A stretch of DNA of 64,000 nucleotides, from NCBI GenBank assembly GCA_002269645.1, contig NIVC01000052.1:62001-126000 (forward strand), given 5' to 3'. The stretch comes from Macrostomum lignano (lineage: Eukaryota). A program made the position numbers and the translations under genes. Below, piece by piece: positions 1 to 14,260 of this stretch. Every line of letters begins with the position of its first letter. Position 1 is the first letter of the stretch. Under the pieces are notes generated by a model, which was given only the letters and a program-made list of their open reading frames with translations, was not told the DNA's origin and ran no database searches.

Positions 1-1090
1 CTCAATCAGTCTCACTTGGATCTCAGTCTTTGTCACTTAGATCTCAGTCTCTCACTTAGATCTCAATCTGTCTCACTTAGATCTCAGTCTGTCTCACTTA
101 GATCTCACTCAGTCTCACTTGGATCTCAGTCTGTGTCACTTGGATCTCAGTCTCTCACTTGGATCTCAGTCTCTCACTTGGATCTCAGTCTCTTACTTGG
201 ATCTCAGTCTGTCTTACCTGGATCTCAGTCTGTCTCACTTGGATCTCAGTCTCTCACTTAGATCTCAGTCTGTCTCACTTGGATCTCAGTCTGTCTCACT
301 TGGATCTCAGTCTCTCACTTGGATCTCAGGCTCAGTCTCACCTGGATCTCAGTCTGTGTCACTTAGATCTCAATCAGTCTCACTTGGATCTCAGTCTGTG
401 TCACTTAGATCTCAGTCTCTCACTTGGATCTCAGTCTCTCACTTGGATCTCAGTCTCTCACTTAGATCTCAATCTGTCTCACTTAGATCTCAGTCTGTCT
501 CACCTGGATCTCAGTCTCTCACTTAGATCTCAATCAGTCTCACTTGGATCTCAGTCTGTGTCACTTAGATCTCAGTCTTTCACTTGGATCTCAGTCTCTT
601 ACTTAGATATCAGTCTGTCTCACCTGGATCTCAGTCTGTCTCACTTGGATCTCAGTCTCTCACTTAGATCTCAATCTGTCTCACTTGGATCTCAGTCTGT
701 GTCACTTAGATCTCAGTCTCTCACTTGGATCTCAGTCTCTCACTTGGATCTCAGTCTCTCACTTAGATCTCAATCTGTCTCACTTAGATCTCAGTCTGTC
801 TCACCTGGATCTCAGTCTCTCACTTAGATCTCAATCAGTCTCACTTGGATCTCAGTCTGTGTCACTTAGATCTCAGTCTTTCACTTGGATCTCAGTCTCT
901 TACTTAGATATCAGTCTGTCTCACCTGGATCTCAGTCTGTCTCACTTGGATCTCAGTCTCTCACTTAGATCTCAATCTGTCTCACTTGGATCTCAGTCTG
1001 TCTCACTTGGATCTCAGTCTCTCACTTAGATCTCAGCCTGTCTCACTTGGATCTCAGTCTCTCACTTAGATCTCAGTCTCTCACTTGGAT
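1..1090. repeat. 19-21-nt minisatellite (R)GATCTCAGTCT(G)TCTCACTT with a 301-bp higher-order duplication
   Basis: Direct tandem units; diagnostic variants recur at a 301-nt offset. Confidence 0.95.
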
Positions 1091-2579
1091 AAATACATAT
1101 AAGATAGTTTTTTAATATTTCCCTTGCACCTCAAAGTGAGTTCCCCAGAGCTGGCTAGATGGGATCTGTCTCATCTGGGTTGTATTAATAGTCACGAGCC
1201 AGTTCAGACGCCTCAATTTGGATAAAAATACTATTTGAGCCCCGACCTCGGCTCTGCGCTAATCATCTAATTCTCGTAGATGAATGAAAAAAGACCTCAG
1301 GGGCGAAAAACGCGGACGGGAGATAAACTCATAGGGATTATTAGAGATCGAAAAGGGGTGCAAAGACGATAGGCAAAGCACTGACCTCCCCTCGCGCTCT
1401 GCTAACAGCAGAAGCCGGGGGCTCCAACCCCCCCCCCCCCCAGCCTCCAGCCCAAACAGGTGCAAAGCTGCTCCGGGGAGTTGGTTGATCGAATCTCCCC
1501 CGTCGCCAGGCGGGCGATGTCGTCCCGCTCGAACATAATGCCATCGATTTTGTCATCCGCCCCTTCCAGTCCGCCTCTGCACCTGGCTGGGAAGCAGCAA
1601 GCCAGGTGTCTGAGCCATCCGGTCTCAAGCAGGCCCTTGATTCTCTCAGATCCGCTGCTTTCTCGGCTTCTTCCGCACCCACCCCCCTCCGCGCCCTCTT
1701 TCAGCTCTGCCGTTCCCTCTTTCTACCGTCTTCTTCCTTCCTTAGCCGGCCCCGATTTCCCTTTTTTAATCCCCTTGCCAGCGATTATTATCCGGCCCGA
1801 CTGCCGCGCAGCAGTGTCAGAATTTGTTTTGTTTATTGTTTATTGCCTGTGTACAGTATTGGCGCGCTTGTATGGTGCTCAGGAGTCAAGCGGAATGGGA
1901 AGACTGACGTCACAGCTGGTTGTGACGCCGAAGGCATTGAGCCAGGGTGCCTGCGAATATTAATTATGAACTAGAATCCCGAACAAGAAGCGAATACTGC
2001 GCGGAATCGAACTCAGGAGCTGTGGAATATTAACGAGTATTATTTTAGATTAACTATTATTCAAAAATAGTCAACTGCCTCCTTCATTTTGTCGGGATAT
2101 CACCGCGTGTTTGTCTCTCCGCCTCGGGACTGTTAGATCCCTATTTCCCTTTCTCTCCTTCTCCTTATCCCCCTCCCCTCCCGCGAGCACCCCGCCTTTC
2201 TGTTTCTCAAAAGCGAGCAAGCATTGTACTGGGCCGCCTGTGTTGACTCTCCCCTGCTATATATCAGTAAGCAGGGCTAATGCGTGCATTGGTGACTCGG
2301 CTAGCGGCTTTTGGCGGCCTGGGCGGCGGTGCTTAATGAGAGAGATCGGGGATCTGCGAGGGGAGGCTTTGCCCAAGTAATTTGCGCCCCTCCCCTCTCC
2401 TCTCGCCTCTCCCACTCCGTCCCCATGGGGAGAGCAGCAGCGCGAGGAGCAAAAGGTCGTCGTCACCTCGGCTAACGGCTAATCCCTAGGCTAGGCTTAC
2501 CTAGGCTATGATAGAAACCTTGCTGAAATAGGGGGAGCGCGATCCTCTTAGCTGGTTTAATAAGCCAAGAGCAAGGAGC

Positions 2580-2623
<44 letters not shown>

Positions 2624-4101
2624 CCAAAGCAACTGACAAGGTAACACAGATGTAAAAGCAAAGTGCCGATCTTTCGAATATTGTATTTTCTTCCTCAGGG
2701 CTATTATAAACGCTAATATTTTAGGAAAGAGAGCGAAAGAGAGGTAGAGGTAGAGAGTAATGTGAGAGAGAGGGGGGAGAGAGGGAGAGAGCGTGTGTGT
2801 GCGTGTGTGTCGTTGACTGACTAACAACCCTCAGATTATGGCAAAATTATTTGCTCTCGATAGTTTTTGCCCCGCCTGCATTGGTTGCTTAAAATTTTAG
2901 CGGGAAAGAAGAGGCTGGGGAAGGGGGACAGATAAGAAAGGATGGATGGGCTGAGGAGCAACAGGCGGGTGGAGCTGCATTGGTAGGGGACTCGCGCGGA
3001 GTCTAGGAGAAGAATTGCAGGCAGGTCACCCGCGGGATAAGTGGAGGTGGGCTGGGAGATGGGGTGGCGGGTGTGGAGTGGAAAGAACGGGAGAACAGGG
3101 GTGGGGTGAGCAGGGAGGATAGCGGGAGATGACGGGAGAAGTCGATTGCGAAGGGAGCAGAACTGGGTGGGGCTTTCGATTTTGGGATGCTCCAGCGGGC
3201 ATGGGCAGCGGATTACAGGGCGGGGTCGGTGGCGCCCCCAGATCCGGGCGCAGAATCGATACCCCTGCCTGCCCTCCAGCGCATTAAGCTCTAAAGCCAA
3301 GGATTTGGATTCGAACCGGGGCAAATTTCCAATGGGGAGCGAGGGCCCGGGCTGAAGTCACACAGGGGGGAGAGCAGCCTAGAGAGGGGGGGACGGATGC
3401 CCCCCTCTCCCCATTTCCCCTTCAACACATTCCCGGGGGACCGTGGGGAGGCAGCCGCGGTTATTGCAGCGGGGATGGCGGGGTGGGGCCTCCACTAAGC
3501 CCCCGGCCACCCCAGCCCGGCCTGGTCAATTTGATAAGCGACAAGCGATAGGGCTATTTAATTAATTAACGTGGCTTGTCAAAGGGCTGAAATTAATACC
3601 AAAAATTGTCCCGCTGACCGAAGAGCTCCGGTCTCTACTTCCCCGATCGCTTTCCCTGTCCGCCTCCCCACCGCCGCAGCGCATATTATTTTACCAATTG
3701 GCCCCGCTCTGAGCTGTCCCTCTCCCCAGCGCTGTATTAACTTGATTAGAGAGTCGTCGGCGTCAGCTCGCCTCGCTCGCTAGGCTCACACGGCGGCCAC
3801 TCCACAACCCTTTACACACACACAGACACACACACACTTTCCCTCCTTTTAATTCCTTTTGCTTTTTTGCCTCAACGAAAAGCCAAAAGCTGCCTTACCC
3901 CCCTCTCTGCAACCCCCCCCCCACTATTCTCTCGTGCTCCCCACGCCTGACCATTCGCGCTGTTTTGGGGGGGTCGGCGGGCTCCGCTTTTTTGCAATAA
4001 AATTCCAAGCATTTCTGCCGGTTTTCCTCCCAGCTAATTCTCGGCTCGCCGATCCAACAGTGGTTTCAACTCAGCGGCACACAGGTAGGAGAGTCGGTCA
4101 G

Positions 4102-7100
4102 ATGTCTGAGTCGGGTTCTCCTGAGCCTCGCGACCCGAAGCCGGCTGATGAAGGCGAAGAAGCTGCTGCATGCCGCCTGCGACTCTGCCCATCAGCTGAC
4201 AACTGCTCAGGTGCTGAGTACGATGGTGAGTTGCCAGTTCTTGTTATATCTTTGCGATCCTTCTATCTCTTTGTTATATCTCTGCGATCATTCTATCTCT
4301 TTGTTATATCTCTGCGATCCTTGTATCTCTTTGTTATATCTCTGCGATCCTTCTATCTCTTTGTTATATCTCTGCGATAATTCTATCTCTTTGTTATATC
4401 TCTGCGATCATTCTATCTCTTTGTTATATCTCTGCGATCCTTCTATCTCTTGTTATATCTCTGCGATCCTTCTATCTCTTTGTTATATCTCTGCGATCAT
4501 TCTATCTCTTTGTTATATCTCTGCGATCATTCTATCTCTTTGTTATATCTCTGCGATCATTCTATCTCTTTGTTATGTCTCTGCGATCCTTCTATCTTAT
4601 GAGAACACTTCCCCCTCTTTATGACCCCCTGCCCATCTCTCTGCCACTGCACTTCTCTGTGACCCCCTCTCTCCCTCTCTGTGACCCCTCTCTCCCTCTC
4701 TGTGACCCCCCTCTCTCCTTCTCTGTGACCCCCTCTCTCCCTCTCAGTGACCCCCTCTCTCCCTCTCAGAGACCCCCCTCTCCCTCTCTGAGACCCCCTC
4801 TCTCCCTCTCTGTGACCCCCTCTCTCCCTCTCTGTGACCCCCTCTCTCCCTCTCTGTGACCCCCTCTCTCCCTCTCTGTGACCCCTCTCTCCCTCTCTGT
4901 GACCCCCCTCTCTCCCTCTCTGTGACCCCCCTCTCTCCCTCTCTGTGACCCCTCTCTCCCTCTCAGTGACCCCCCTCTCCCTCTCTGAGAACCCCTCTCT
5001 CCCTCTCTGTGACCCCACCCTTCGCCCTCTCTATAACTTTCTTTGACCTCAAATCCCTACCGATCTGATTTCGGAAATTTGAATGCCTAATTAAACATTT
5101 TACAAGCTCGCGACGCCTCCATGGCTCAGCATCAGCAACCTGCAGTCACCGCAGCCGCAGCCGCCGCAGCCGTCTCAAAGGCGAAACCGCGAAGGAATCG
5201 AACTAATTTTACCTTGGACCAGCTGACCGAACTCGAGCGGCTGTTCGAGGAGACTCACTACCCGGATGCCTTCATGCGAGAAGAACTCAGCCATCGGCTC
5301 GGACTGTCCGAGTCTCGCGTCCAGGTAGGTGTGGCTTTGCGCTCTGGAGTCCCTGACACTTGATTTGAGTCACTGACACTTGATTTGAGTCACTGACACT
5401 TGATTTGAGTCACTGACACTTGATTTGAGTCACTGACACTTGATTTGAGTCACTGACGCTTGATTTGAGCCACTAAAATTGATTCCTTGATTACTCAGTG
5501 TGGAGCCTCTGACACCTCAGTTTAGAGCCTCTGACACCTCAGTTTAGAGCCTCTGACAACTCAGTTTAGAGCCTCTGACATCTCAGTTTAGAGCCTCTGA
5601 CACCTCAGTTTAGAGCATCTGACACCTCAGTTTAGAGCCTCTGACATCTCAGTTTAGAGCATCTGACACCTCAGTTTAGAGCATCTGACACCTCAGTTTA
5701 GAGCATCTGACACCTCAGTTTAGAGCCTCTGACACTTCAGTTTAGAGCATCTGACACCTCAGTTTGGAGCCTCTGACACCTCAGTTTAGAGCCTCTGACA
5801 CCTCAGTTTAGAGCCTCTGACATCTCAGTTTAGAGCCTCTGACACCTCAGTTTAGAGCCTCTGACAACTCAGTTTAGAGCCTCTGACACCTCAGTTTAGA
5901 GCCTCTGACACCTCAGTTTAGAGCATCTGACACCTCAGTTTGGAGCCTCTGACACTTCAGTTTAGAGCATCTGACACCTCAGTTTAGAGCCTCTGACACC
6001 TCAGTTTAGAGCCTCTGACACCTCAGTTTAGAGCCTCTGACACCTCAGTTTAGAGCCTCTGACACCTCAGTTTAGATCCTCTGACACCTCAGTTTAGATC
6101 CTCTGACACCTCAGTTTAGAGCCTCTGACACCTCAGTTTAGATCCTCTGACACCTCAGTTTAGAGCCTCTGACACCTCAGTTTAGATCCTCTGACACCTC
6201 AGTTTAGAGCCTCTGACACCTCAGTTTAGAGCCTCTGACACCTCAGTTTAGAGCCTCTGACACCTCAGTTTAGATCCTCTGACACCTCAGTTTAGATCCT
6301 CTGACACCTCAGTTTAGAGCCTCTGACACCTCAGTTTAGATCCTCTGACACCTCAGTTTAGATCCTCTGACACCTCAGTTTAGATCCTCTGACACCTCAG
6401 TTTAGAGCCTCTGACACCTCAGTTTAGAGCCTCTGACACCTCAGTTGCTGGTTCCAGGCTGCCATTTGTCACATACGATTTGATTTTAAACTAGCAGATA
6501 GATCTCGACCTCTCAACTTTATCCTAATGCCCGAGTTTTATTAGTAGTCTCAAAAATGCCAATACGTTTGTACATAAATCCACCTTCACCTGAACAGGTG
6601 TGGTTTCAGAACAGGCGAGCCAAGTGCCGAAAGCAAGAGGGCGGCGTTCAGGGAGCAGCCGCTGGGACTGGGAAATTTGCTGACTCGGCGGGGCAGGACG
6701 CTGCGGTGGCGAGAAGTGAGTGACGAATAGTGGCACTGCTATGCCAGTTTAGATTGGATAGTGGCACTGCTATGCCAGTTTAGATCGGATAGTGGCACTG
6801 CTATGCCAGTTTAGATTGGAAAGTGGCACTGCTATGCTAGTTTAGATCGGATAGTGGCACTGCTATGCCAGTTTACACTGCTATGCCAGTTTAGATCGGA
6901 TAGTGGCACTCAGATGGCATCATTACATCAAATAGTGGCACTCGGATGGCATCATTAGATCGGATAGTGGCACTCAGATGGCACAATTGGATCAGATAGT
7001 GGCACTCAGATGGCACAATTGGATCGGATAGTGGCACTCAGATGGCACAATTGGATCGGATAGTGGCACTCAGATGGCACAATTGGATCGGATAGTGGCA

Positions 7101-7774
7101 CTCAGATGGCACAATTGGATCGGATAGTGGCACTCAGATGGCACAATTGGATCGGATAGTGGCACTCAATGCTCATATAGATCTCAATTCTCAACCGACC
7201 AGCGGGCAGCGGAACTCCCAAGCTGTCACCTCAGTCGCAGATGCAACCGCAGCCGCCCCAGCATCAGGCGCCTCATCGTAGAAGAAAGCCGCCTCATCGC
7301 CCGACCATCCAGCCTCCGCAGCCTCCGCCGCCACAGCCACTGCCGCTGGAGCCGCAGACTCAGAATTTGGCTGAGCCCGAAGAATCAGACGGTTCCGGCT
7401 CCCAGCCTCTCAGCCCCATCGCCGGATTCCCAGCCTACCCGCACCTGCCTCAGCTGCCCTTCCCGCCGGCTCAGCAACCTTTGTTCTGCCCACCGCAGGC
7501 GCCCGGCTCATCGCAGCAGCAGCAGCTTCTGTGCCAGCAGACTCGCCAACTGCAGCAGGCGCTCGCCCTGCACAACTACCTGAGCCTGTTTTCACACCTG
7601 GGCTCCACCGGTCTGGGCGTTGGCACCACTACGGGGCTACAGCAGCAGCAGCAGCAGCTTCAGCAGCAGCCGCAACTGGCAAAGGAGGCCCTCGAAGAGC
7701 TGCAGGCGGCCGCCGCAATGGAGAGCTTCTGGCGGCTGATACTGCCGGCTGTTCAGCAGTCGGCGAACGACTGA
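4102..7774 (+). CDS. Shox: Short stature homeobox (Shox)-like PRD-class Q50 homeodomain transcription factor, 4 coding exons, 343 aa
   Basis: Exons 4102-4225, 5107-5324, 6598-6715 and 7203-7774 join in phase (1,0,1) through GT-AG introns into a 1032-nt ORF. Homeodomain [60 protein letters not shown] differs at 7 of 60 positions from the human SHOX homeodomain as I recall it. It has the typical PRD-class intron between residues 46 and 47. Confidence 0.92.
4241..4600. repeat. 30-nt minisatellite TTGTTATATCTCTGCGATCCTTCTATCTCT (Shox intron 1)
   Basis: Direct tandem units. Confidence 0.95.
4655..5015. repeat. CT-rich minisatellite of about 22 nt, CTCTCTCCCTCTCTGTGACCC (Shox intron 1)
   Basis: Direct tandem units. 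Confidence 0.9.
5352..6445. repeat. 20-nt (GACACTTGATTTGAGTCACT) then 22-nt (GAGCCTCTGACACCTCAGTTTA) minisatellites (Shox intron 2)
   Basis: Two adjacent direct arrays, 5352-5475 and 5503-6445. Confidence 0.95.
6726..7168. repeat. 31/32-nt minisatellites sharing GATAGTGGCACT (Shox intron 3)
   Basis: Direct tandem units of two related types. Confidence 0.92.
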
Positions 7775-7874
7775 CTGCGGTGCGGCATCCTGCGGCTTCG
7801 GGATGTTCGATGGCGGGACTGGCAGATGGCCTTCTTTTGTCAATGAGCGCTGGAGTCTTACAATCTGCATGTCC

Positions 7875-8390
7875 CAATTCCCAATACCCCAATTTCGCAA
7901 TACCCCAATTTCCCAATACCCAATGTCCCAATACCCCAATGTCCCAATACCCCAATGTCCCAATACCCCAATGTCCCAATACCCCAATGTCCCAATACCC
8001 CAATGTCCCAATACCCCAATGTCCCAATACCCCAATGTCCCAATACCCCAATGTCCCAATACCCCAATGTCCCAATACCCCAATGTCCCAATACCCCAAT
8101 GTCCCAATACCCCAATGTCCCAATACCCCAATGTCCCAATACCCCAATGTCCCAATACCCCAATGTCCCAATACCGCAATTTCGCAATACCCCAATGTCC
8201 CAATACCCAATGTACCAATACCCCAATGTCCCAATACCCTAATATCCCAATACCCTAATGTCACAATACCCCAATGTCCCAATACCCCAATACCCAATAC
8301 CCCAATACCCATTACCCAATGCCCCCAAATTCAACACCCCAACGTCCCAATACCTTATTATCTCAATATCCATATGTACCAATATCCCAA
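7875..8390. repeat. 16-nt minisatellite CCAATACCCCAATGTC in the presumed Shox 3' UTR
   Basis: Direct tandem units about 100 nt after the stop codon and before AATAAA at 8605. Confidence 0.95.
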
Positions 8391-8604
8391 AATCTCTATC
8401 GAGTCGAAACTTCCAACCAAGGTTCACCAAAAATCTTCGTTCGGACTTGCTTTAACTGAAGTTTGCCACAAAAGCTTTCTGCTGTCTGTCCGTTGTCGAA
8501 ACAAAAATTCCACAATCTTGTGAAATGTTTGAATCTCAATTGCATGCAGCCATTTTAAAAACTGTGCGCTTATTTGCTAAGTGACTGAGCACCCATGACT
8601 TACG

Positions 8605-8947
8605 AATAAATTATTGCATGTGTTTTTTAATCTTGCCGAGCCTGCATCACGCTACTCACAGTAGGCTAAATTGCATATTTTTCTTGACTGCCAATGGTTG
8701 ATGTAATTACGCGGACTTATAAAGGACCTTAAAAACTGAATTTCTCAACCAAACTGAGGTTACGTTTTATAATTTAATTGGTGACTGTTTTGACACAACT
8801 ATTTCGCGCGATTGTGCCCGCAACACCTCAGTGTGACACCTTCGCTTCCCCCGAAGATGCCATTCGCGAGGTGACCACTGCAATGCACAGTTTTTAGTAA
8901 GCACTATCGTTGTTTTTAACATATATATATATATATAAATAAATAAA
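8605..8947 (+). promoter_or_regulatory. Candidate polyadenylation signals of Shox (AATAAA at 8605, 8938, 8942)
   Basis: Hexamers downstream of the stop codon in AT-rich unique sequence. Confidence 0.4.
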
Positions 8948-9036
8948 CATTTTGAGCGCAGTTCGTACTAGTTGGTGTTCATAAATTATTGCTTGCTAAA
9001 ACTGCTTCACAATATCGACTCAAACTCCACTGCTTC

Positions 9037-9430
9037 TATACCTGGAACCCAATCTAAATGTACCTGGAACCCAATCTAAATGTACCTGGAACCCAATCTA
9101 AATGTACCTGGAAACCAATCTAAATGTACCTGGAAACCAATCTAAATATACCTGGAACCCAATCTAAATGTACCTGGAAACCAATCTAAATGTACCTGGA
9201 ACCCAATCTAAATGTACCTGGAAACCAATCTAAATATACCTGGAACCCAATCTAAATGTACCTGGAACCCAATCTAAATGTACCTGGAACCCAATCTAAA
9301 TATACCTGCAACCAAATCTAAATGTACCTGGAACCCAATCTAAATGTACCTGGAACCCAATCTAAATGTACCTGGAACCCATTCTAAATGTAACTGGAAA
9401 CCAAATCTAATTTGAACCCAATCTACATGG
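9037..9430. repeat. 22-nt minisatellite TACCTGGAACCCAATCTAAATG
   Basis: Direct tandem units. Confidence 0.95.
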
Positions 9431-9824
9431 AAACTAATCTACCTTTAGCTATAGCTGAAGCTACATGTAGATATATAGAAAATATTTGAATACTCCTTGA
9501 ATACTGCCTACAGTAGTGCATCAGCAATGTGCCCTAAACCAAAAAATGGCATCGATGCCACAGCTGTCTATCTAATTGAAATTTTGTTTGCTACAGCGCT
9601 GTGCGGAAGTGCCGACTTCACTATAGGAGAAATGCTCCACTGATTGCACAACACAATCTAACGGGCTGGGATGCTGCGATGCAGAGGATTCTGGTTAAAA
9701 CCCCTACTTTTCCCTTCATCGAAACATCCTTATTAAGCTCCATTTCACCCAGTCTGCCTGTACAACTATTGATCGGCAACTTCCGTAATCTCCTGACCCT
9801 GAGCAGTGGCCTGTACTCCTCTCT

Positions 9825-10360
9825 CTGTAATCTGTTTTCTATCCCCCCACTTGCCCTCTCTTCTCTCCTCTCCCTCTCCCACTCTCCTATCTCTTCTCAC
9901 CTCTCCCTCTCCCTCTCTCCTATCTCTTCTCACCTCTCCCTCTCCCACTTCCCTCTCTTCTCACCTCTCCCTCTCCCACTCCCCCTCTCTTCTCACCTCT
10001 CCCTCTCCCACTCCCCCTCTCTTCTCACTTCTCCTTCTCCCACTCCCCTCTCTTCTCACCTCTCCCTCTCCCACTTCCCTCTCTTCTCACCTCTCCCTCT
10101 CCCACTCCCCCTCTCTTCTCACTTCTCCTTCTCCCACTCCCCTCTCTTCTCACCTCTCCCTCTCCCGCTCTCCTATCTCTTCTCACCTCTCCCTCTCCCA
10201 CTTCCTTCTCTTCTCACCTCTCCCTCTCCCTCTCTCTTCTCTCCTCTCCCTCTCCCTCTCCCACTTCCCTCTCTTCTCACCTCTCCCTCTCCCTCTCTCT
10301 TCTCTCCTCTCCCTCTCCCGCTCTCCTCTTTTTCTCTCATTCTCTTAACTTTCCCTCTCC
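9825..10360. repeat. CT-rich low-complexity tandem repeat
   Basis: Polypyrimidine units such as TCTTCTCACCTCTCCCTCTCCCAC. Confidence 0.9.
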
Positions 10361-11346
10361 TCACTCCATTGTCTAATCGCCTACCTCTGGTGCACGAAGC
10401 GCCACTATTAATCGAACGCCAGGCACGGACGTTGGATTAGTAATCGGGCATAACTGCGGGTATTTGGTGTCAATATGTTTACGCAACTTGAAATTTTTTA
10501 CACAGCATTAGCGCACTCTGCAAAACCGATTGATTGACAGAGCGGGCCTGAAGGCAACAACAGCACCTATTATATAAATTTAACGACCCAGTCGGTAACT
10601 GCTATAATAAATATAGCACTACGGTAATAATTGGTAAAGCAAAACAGACTGAACTGAATTCACTTTTCCAACCCAAGGTGGGAGAGAGAGAGAGAGAGGC
10701 GCACAGGGGGTCGCGGGTTCTAACTAGGCTGCGCGCCGGACCCTGACTAAGTGCACACAGGTAGTGAGCCTCCAGACTGCCTACCTGCCCTGTCTGTCTG
10801 CCCATCCGGTACCAAAACCTGCTTTCCCCCCATAGCAGCTCTGAATCCTCAATTGGGATCTTGACGCCCACCTCCCAATGCCCCAAGACCCGGATGGGGG
10901 GTGGGGAGGCCAAATTTCCTTAGGACGTCTTGGCTTTTATTGTATAACGTGGGCTGCGAGGGGAAGATGGACGGTGCAGCAAGTTGCTGTCAGGGGATCC
11001 GAAAGGGTTGGGGATATTGGCGATGGGGGCGGGATCGGGTTAAACCTACCAACAGCCAATTGTAGTTTAGAGGGGAGCAATCTCCCCCCCCCTCGTTACA
11101 AGGCTGGAGAGAAAGGGGGCGAGGGGAGCAGGGGGATAAGAGGCAGCGCGGATGCTGGGAGGAGCTCCTGCCTGTAAAGCAGAAAAGACAGAACTTGACT
11201 GCACGAGGGCGAGTAAAAAAGGAACTCGGCTATATTTACACTGCAACCCGCAAGTCTTGAGCTGATAAAAACATTGAGACCTCCGCAGACTCGCTAACAA
11301 GCTGCAGGCTGCCACACCCTCCGGCAGAGACTCAAATTCACTGAGC

Positions 11347-11386
11347 ATGGCCGACCCCACAGAGCCTGGCACCGATCTCAGGCAAG
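11347..11386 (+). CDS. Candidate most distal first coding exon of the SLC4A11-like gene (MADPTEPGTDLRQ)
   Basis: Strong Kozak context agcATGG. The 40-nt exon ends in a consensus donor AAG|GTGAGT in phase 1, matching the phase-1 acceptors at 22065 and 36066. Confidence 0.55.
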
Positions 11387-11449
11387 GTGAGTCCGCCGGG
11401 GACAAAGTAAGGATGTCTGCGACTTCTGGAAACTCACTCGGCTCCTGAC

Positions 11450-12025
11450 TCTCCATCTCACCCTCTCTGCATCTCCTTCTCTCCTCTCTCTCTGCGTCTA
11501 TACACTTCTCTCTTCCTCTCCCCTCTCTGCATCTCCCCCTGTCCTCTCTCTTCCCTCTCTCCCTCTCCCTCTCCCTCTCCCTTTCCTTCTCCCTCTCCCT
11601 CTCCCTCTCCCTCTCCCTCTCCATTTTCCTCTCCCTCTCCCTCTCCCTCTCCCTTTCCTTCTCCCTCTCCCTCTCCCTCTCCCTCTCCCTCTCCCTTTCC
11701 CTCTCCCTCTCCCTCTCCCTCTCCCTTTCCCTCTCCCTCTCCCTCTCCCTCTCCCTTTCCCTCTCCCTCTCCCTCTCCCTCTCCCTCTCCCTCTCCCTCT
11801 CCCTCTCCCTCTCCCTCTCCCTCTCCCTCTCCCTCTCCCTCTCCCTCTCCCTCTTCATTTCCCTCCTCTTCTACCTCTCCCCCTGCCTCTCTTCTCTCTC
11901 CTTCTTCCTTCCTATCACTCTCATCCTCTCCCTTTCTCCCTCTCGCCCTCTATTCTTGTGCACTCCCTCTCTTCCCGTCTCTTTCCCTCCCTCCTCCCTT
12001 GTCTCCCTCTCTATCTCACTCTCTT
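11450..12025. repeat. (CTCTCC)n polypyrimidine microsatellite
   Basis: Hexamer tandem with degenerate flanks. Confidence 0.95.
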
Positions 12026-12396
12026 GTTTTAATCATAATCTCCGTTCTACCAATTCTTGTCTAGAACATGATTTTCTCTTTATCAATATTTATTCCTCTG
12101 TTTATTTTTGTACGCCGGGACCCGCCTAAGACAGGGCGCACAGAAGACGACAAAAAACGGAGAATAGGAGAGTGTAAAAGTTGAAGTCCGGCGTTCGGCA
12201 CCCCTCGAGAGAGGGAGGCATCCGATTTCAGTCGGGCATTCTGTCCCTGGCTTAGCATGTGCGCCGTCTGGGGCACTGTTGGATCGCGTGAGGACTGCGC
12301 TGATTCCCCACTGACATTTGAGCAGCTCCCAGTGCTGCGGCTGCTGCGGGCCATTGTCTGAGTAATCCGCGACTGATCCCCGGGTACTACAATACT

Positions 12397-14260
<1,864 letters not shown>

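Noticed and set aside
1460-1963. 167-aa ORF upstream of Shox
   Set aside because: No recognisable domain and no convincing splice connection to the Shox exons; more likely regulatory or UTR sequence.
2003-3317. tRNA B-box-like motifs on the minus strand (GGAATCGAAC 2003-2012, GGATTCGAACC 3307-3317; also 50606-50615)
   Set aside because: No A box at the right spacing and no cloverleaf; at most decayed SINE fragments.
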